Below are positions 61,655 through 64,000 of a DNA stretch of 64,000 nucleotides, piece after piece (positions within the stretch are counted from its first letter, which is position 1; every line of letters starts with the position of its first letter). Where the stretch lies: assembly GCA_963726745.1 (NCBI GenBank), contig CAVSDR010000003.1, positions 256,001 through 320,000 on the forward strand, given 5' to 3'. The position numbers were made by a program, and so were the translations under genes. The notes beneath the pieces are model-generated. The model made no database searches and was not told the DNA's origin. It was given only the letters and a program-made list of their open reading frames with translations. Source of the DNA: an uncultured Verrucomicrobiae bacterium. Lineage in GTDB: Bacteria; Verrucomicrobiota; Verrucomicrobiia; Chthoniobacterales; UBA10450.

Positions 61655-62254
61655 CTACTCGTCGTCTTCGTCGCCCGCGTCCTTGGCATTCGCCTCGTCT
61701 GCGTCCTCATCGTCGGCCTCGACCGAGAAGCGACGTTTGCGGCGCGCGGCCGGCAGGGGCGAGAGCGTCATGGTGATGTTGCGGCCGGCGATCTTCGGAT
61801 CCATCTCGACCTGCGACATCCCGGAGAGGTCTTCCTTCACCTTGTGCATCAACTGCATGCCGAATTCCTGGTGCGCCATCTCGCGGCCGCGGAATTGCAA
61901 CTGCACGCGGACCTTGTTCCCCTTGTCGAGGAAGGCTTCGCCGTGGCGGAGCTTGGTCATGTAATCGTGCTCGTCGATGTTTACCCGGAACTTGATTTCC
62001 TTGAGCTTCGTCCCGCTGCTTTTCTTCTCCTTCTCCTGCTTGGAGAGGTCGTAGCGGAACTTTCCAAAGTCGACGATTTTGCAGACGGGCGGGTTCGCCG
62101 TCGGCGCCACTTCCACCAGGTCCATCCCGATGCTCTGCGCCTTGCGAAGGGCGTCGGAAAGTTTCATGACGCCGAGCTGTTCGCCGGAAGCGCCCATGAT
62201 GACCCGGACTTCGCGAGCGCGAATCCGGCCGTTTACACGAATTTGTGGTTGCAG
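61655..62254 (-). CDS. infC: Translation initiation factor IF-3 with non-AUG start
   Basis: IRVNGRIRAREVRVI, DLVEVAP.A.PPVCKIVDFGKFRY, KEIKFR, FRGRE; no ATG before the conserved N-terminus (CTG 62254 or ATT 62242). Confidence 0.95.
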   Translation of the reverse strand: MQPQIRVNGRIRAREVRVIMGASGEQLGVMKLSDALRKAQSIGMDLVEVAPTANPPVCKIVDFGKFRYDLSKQEKEKKSSGTKLKEIKFRVNIDEHDYMTKLRHGEAFLDKGNKVRVQLQFRGREMAHQEFGMQLMHKVKEDLSGMSQVEMDPKIAGRNITMTLSPLPAARRKRRFSVEADDEDADEANAKDAGDEDDE

Positions 62255-62463
62255 ATTAAATCAAGCTCCTGACCGGCGGGTGGGAGTGAGCCGCGCGCCG
62301 TATTGCACATTCTATCGCACGTTTCCACCGGGCTGGACGCCTGCCGGAACACTTCTGCCTGTCGTGGCTGCGATTCTTCGGGGGGACCGCAACAGGGGAC
62401 GCAGCCGGGGGCGCTGGTCGAACGGAAGTTGAGTGCAACTCCCCACGGAGGCAAGGTGAATCT

Positions 62464-63123
62464 CTACGCCGCCGGCGGCGTGCCGAAGTGAGCCGCGAAG
62501 CTTTCGTAGGAAACGAGATCGTCCAGCATCGCCTCGAGCGTCACCACGAGCGGCTCCAGCTTCGCAAACCCCGAAAAAACCGCGCGATCGCCGATCTCAC
62601 TCTCAACCACGAAGGTCGGCCGCTGCGTCACTTGCATGGAGTGAAACTCCGCAGTGCTGGCGCGGGCGCGCGCCTCCACTTCCGGCGAACGGGCGCGCTG
62701 CAATAGTTGCGCCTGGTCGAGGCCGGCGGCTTTCGCGCCGATCGCCGCGGCCGTTTCCCAGTCGCCGGTTTGCACGCCTTCGCGCACGGTCGCGTGCATG
62801 AGCGCGAGCCAGACGCGGTCGTCGACGACGCCCAGCTCGCGCGCGGCTTCCGCGACGAGGTTCGGCGCGAGACATTCCTTGATCCCTTTCTTAAACCAGC
62901 CTGGCTGGAGCATGAAGGGCGCGCGCATCATCATTCCGCTGCGCCGGTAGAACCACTCCGCCTGCGCGCGCGACTTCGGAAAGCCGGAGGCATCCATGAG
63001 CGCGATCTTCCACCGGAAGTCGACCCGCCCAGCGTAGCGCTCCTGCAATTGCGTCCACGCGGGCGCGGCCCAGTAGCACCAGGAGGAGATGACTTCGAGG
63101 TAGTTCGTGACCGTGATGCGCAT
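62464..63123 (-). CDS. DsbA/FrnE-family thioredoxin-fold protein
   Basis: EVISSWCYW (SxxC variant), QRPTF cis-Pro, VFSG. Confidence 0.75.
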   Translation of the reverse strand: MRITVTNYLEVISSWCYWAAPAWTQLQERYAGRVDFRWKIALMDASGFPKSRAQAEWFYRRSGMMMRAPFMLQPGWFKKGIKECLAPNLVAEAARELGVVDDRVWLALMHATVREGVQTGDWETAAAIGAKAAGLDQAQLLQRARSPEVEARARASTAEFHSMQVTQRPTFVVESEIGDRAVFSGFAKLEPLVVTLEAMLDDLVSYESFAAHFGTPPAA

Positions 63124-63207
63124 GGCCGCGACCCTCCCAAAAACTTCGCCACGCGGAAAGCGCATTGTCTTGCCGGCAAACGTGCCATCTTGCTGCCTCG
63201 AACCCGC

Positions 63208-64000
63208 GTGCCCGACTTTAATCAGCTCCTCCTTCTCATTGCCGTGCTTTCGCCGCTGGTGGTGCTCGTGCGCACCTGGCGGCGGGCGGCGCTGAATCGC
63301 AGCTGGCGGCTCGCGGCGCTGGCGATTTTAGCCGTCACCACGGTGGCCTGGCTGCTCGCGCCGAGCGCGGCTGGCTTGTTCGGCGGCACGGCCTGGTTGC
63401 TCCTGCTCTTCCTGCCCACGCAGGGCCTGCGGCGCATGGCGGAACTGGCGGCGGCGGAGCGTTTCCCCGCGGCTTTTCGCCTGGCGACAATTCTCTCGCT
63501 GCTCCATCCCGCGCGCGCGGTCCGGGCGCAACGGGCCCAGCTGCAGGCGCTCGCGCTGGCGCAACGTGGCGAGCGCGAGAAAGCGCTGGCTAAATTCGCC
63601 GAGCTCGCGAGCCCGCAGGCGCTGCGACTGCGGGGCGATTGGCCGGCCGCGCTCGCCTGGTGCGAAGCCCACCTCCCGCGCGCTGGGCTGGGCGACGACC
63701 CCGCGCTTCTTCTGCTGCTCTTCCGCTCGTTAGGCGAAACCGGGCAGCGCGAGGAGCTGGTGGCACAATTCGCCGCGCGCGCCCCCAGCCTGCTGGCGAC
63801 GCCGTTGCAGCAGCCGACCTTCATGGCCAGCCTGGCGCTGCTTTTCGCTTTTTGCGGACGCACCGCGAGTCTGCGGCGCTTGCTCGCGGAGGACTACGCC
63901 GCGCTCCCGGAAGCGCCGCGCGCTTTTTGGCTCGCGACCAGCCTGGCGGCGGAGGGCCGCCCGGCGGAAGCGCGCGCGCTCTTCGAAGGACTGGCCCGGC
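63208..64000 (+). CDS. Membrane protein, possibly N-terminus of a rhomboid-family protease (runs off window end)
   Basis: Open frame from GTG 63208: VPDFNQLLLLIAVLSPLVVLVRTWRR.., several TM helices then helical repeats; catalytic region not in window. Confidence 0.55.
   Translation, partial: MPDFNQLLLLIAVLSPLVVLVRTWRRAALNRSWRLAALAILAVTTVAWLLAPSAAGLFGGTAWLLLLFLPTQGLRRMAELAAAERFPAAFRLATILSLLHPARAVRAQRAQLQALALAQRGEREKALAKFAELASPQALRLRGDWPAALAWCEAHLPRAGLGDDPALLLLLFRSLGETGQREELVAQFAARAPSLLATPLQQPTFMASLALLFAFCGRTASLRRLLAEDYAALPEAPRAFWLATSLAAEGRPAEARALFEGLAR

Larger units (their letters stand above)
2645..63594. repeat. Dispersed 10-mer GCYGGCTAAW / WTTAGCCRGC
   Basis: About 20 copies counted by hand in both orientations. 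Confidence 0.85.
6274..63735. repeat. Dispersed 10-mer CTCGTTAGGC / GCCTAACGAG
   Basis: 19 exact copies counted by hand (10 forward, 9 reverse) plus about 20 near matches. Confidence 0.9.

Noticed and set aside
60830..62272. 480-aa YmdB with long C-terminal extension
   Set aside because: The extension is the antisense of infC; the family domain ends near 61620 and a missed stop is more likely.
62358..62406. HDV-like ribozyme in the infC leader
   Set aside because: Pseudoknot order is similar, but there is no P4/J4-2 segment between the P1 and P2 3' strands and P3 does not abut P1.
6274..63735. Iterated 10-mers as CRISPR repeats or Chi/KOPS sites
   Set aside because: Too short, irregularly spaced and intragenic for CRISPR, with no cas genes; orientation is about even (10:9) and interleaved, unlike polarised Chi/KOPS.

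Overview
High-GC bacterial chromosome segment. Gene families point to Verrucomicrobiota, most likely Chthoniobacterales/Spartobacteria (inference from dockerin-tailed exoproteins, TolB-like/TPR paralogs, PEP-CTERM, DUF1800/DUF1501). Housekeeping genes: proS (partial), rplM-rpsI, lysS, nnr, gph, uvrB, holA, aroB, ymdB, infC. Accessory loci: a ~15 kb divergent redox cluster (System II cytochrome c maturation, FAD/2Fe-2S reductase, beta-barrel, penta-, tetra- and deca-heme cytochromes, a cNMP-binding/4Fe-4S fusion), a giant PA14/DUF1800 + DUF1501 locus, and a compositionally distinct FG-GAP/PEP-CTERM + LuxR island. The strongest unexplained signal is at DNA level: two non-palindromic 10-mers sharing a TTAG/CTAA core (CTCGTTAGGC, 19 exact copies; GCYGGCTAAW, about 20 copies, both hand-counted) are scattered through coding sequence in both orientations and several reading frames, like DNA-uptake or other genome-wide signal sequences. 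About a dozen single-base frameshifts, some in essential genes, are most likely assembly indel errors. No rRNA, tRNA, CRISPR array or transposase was seen.
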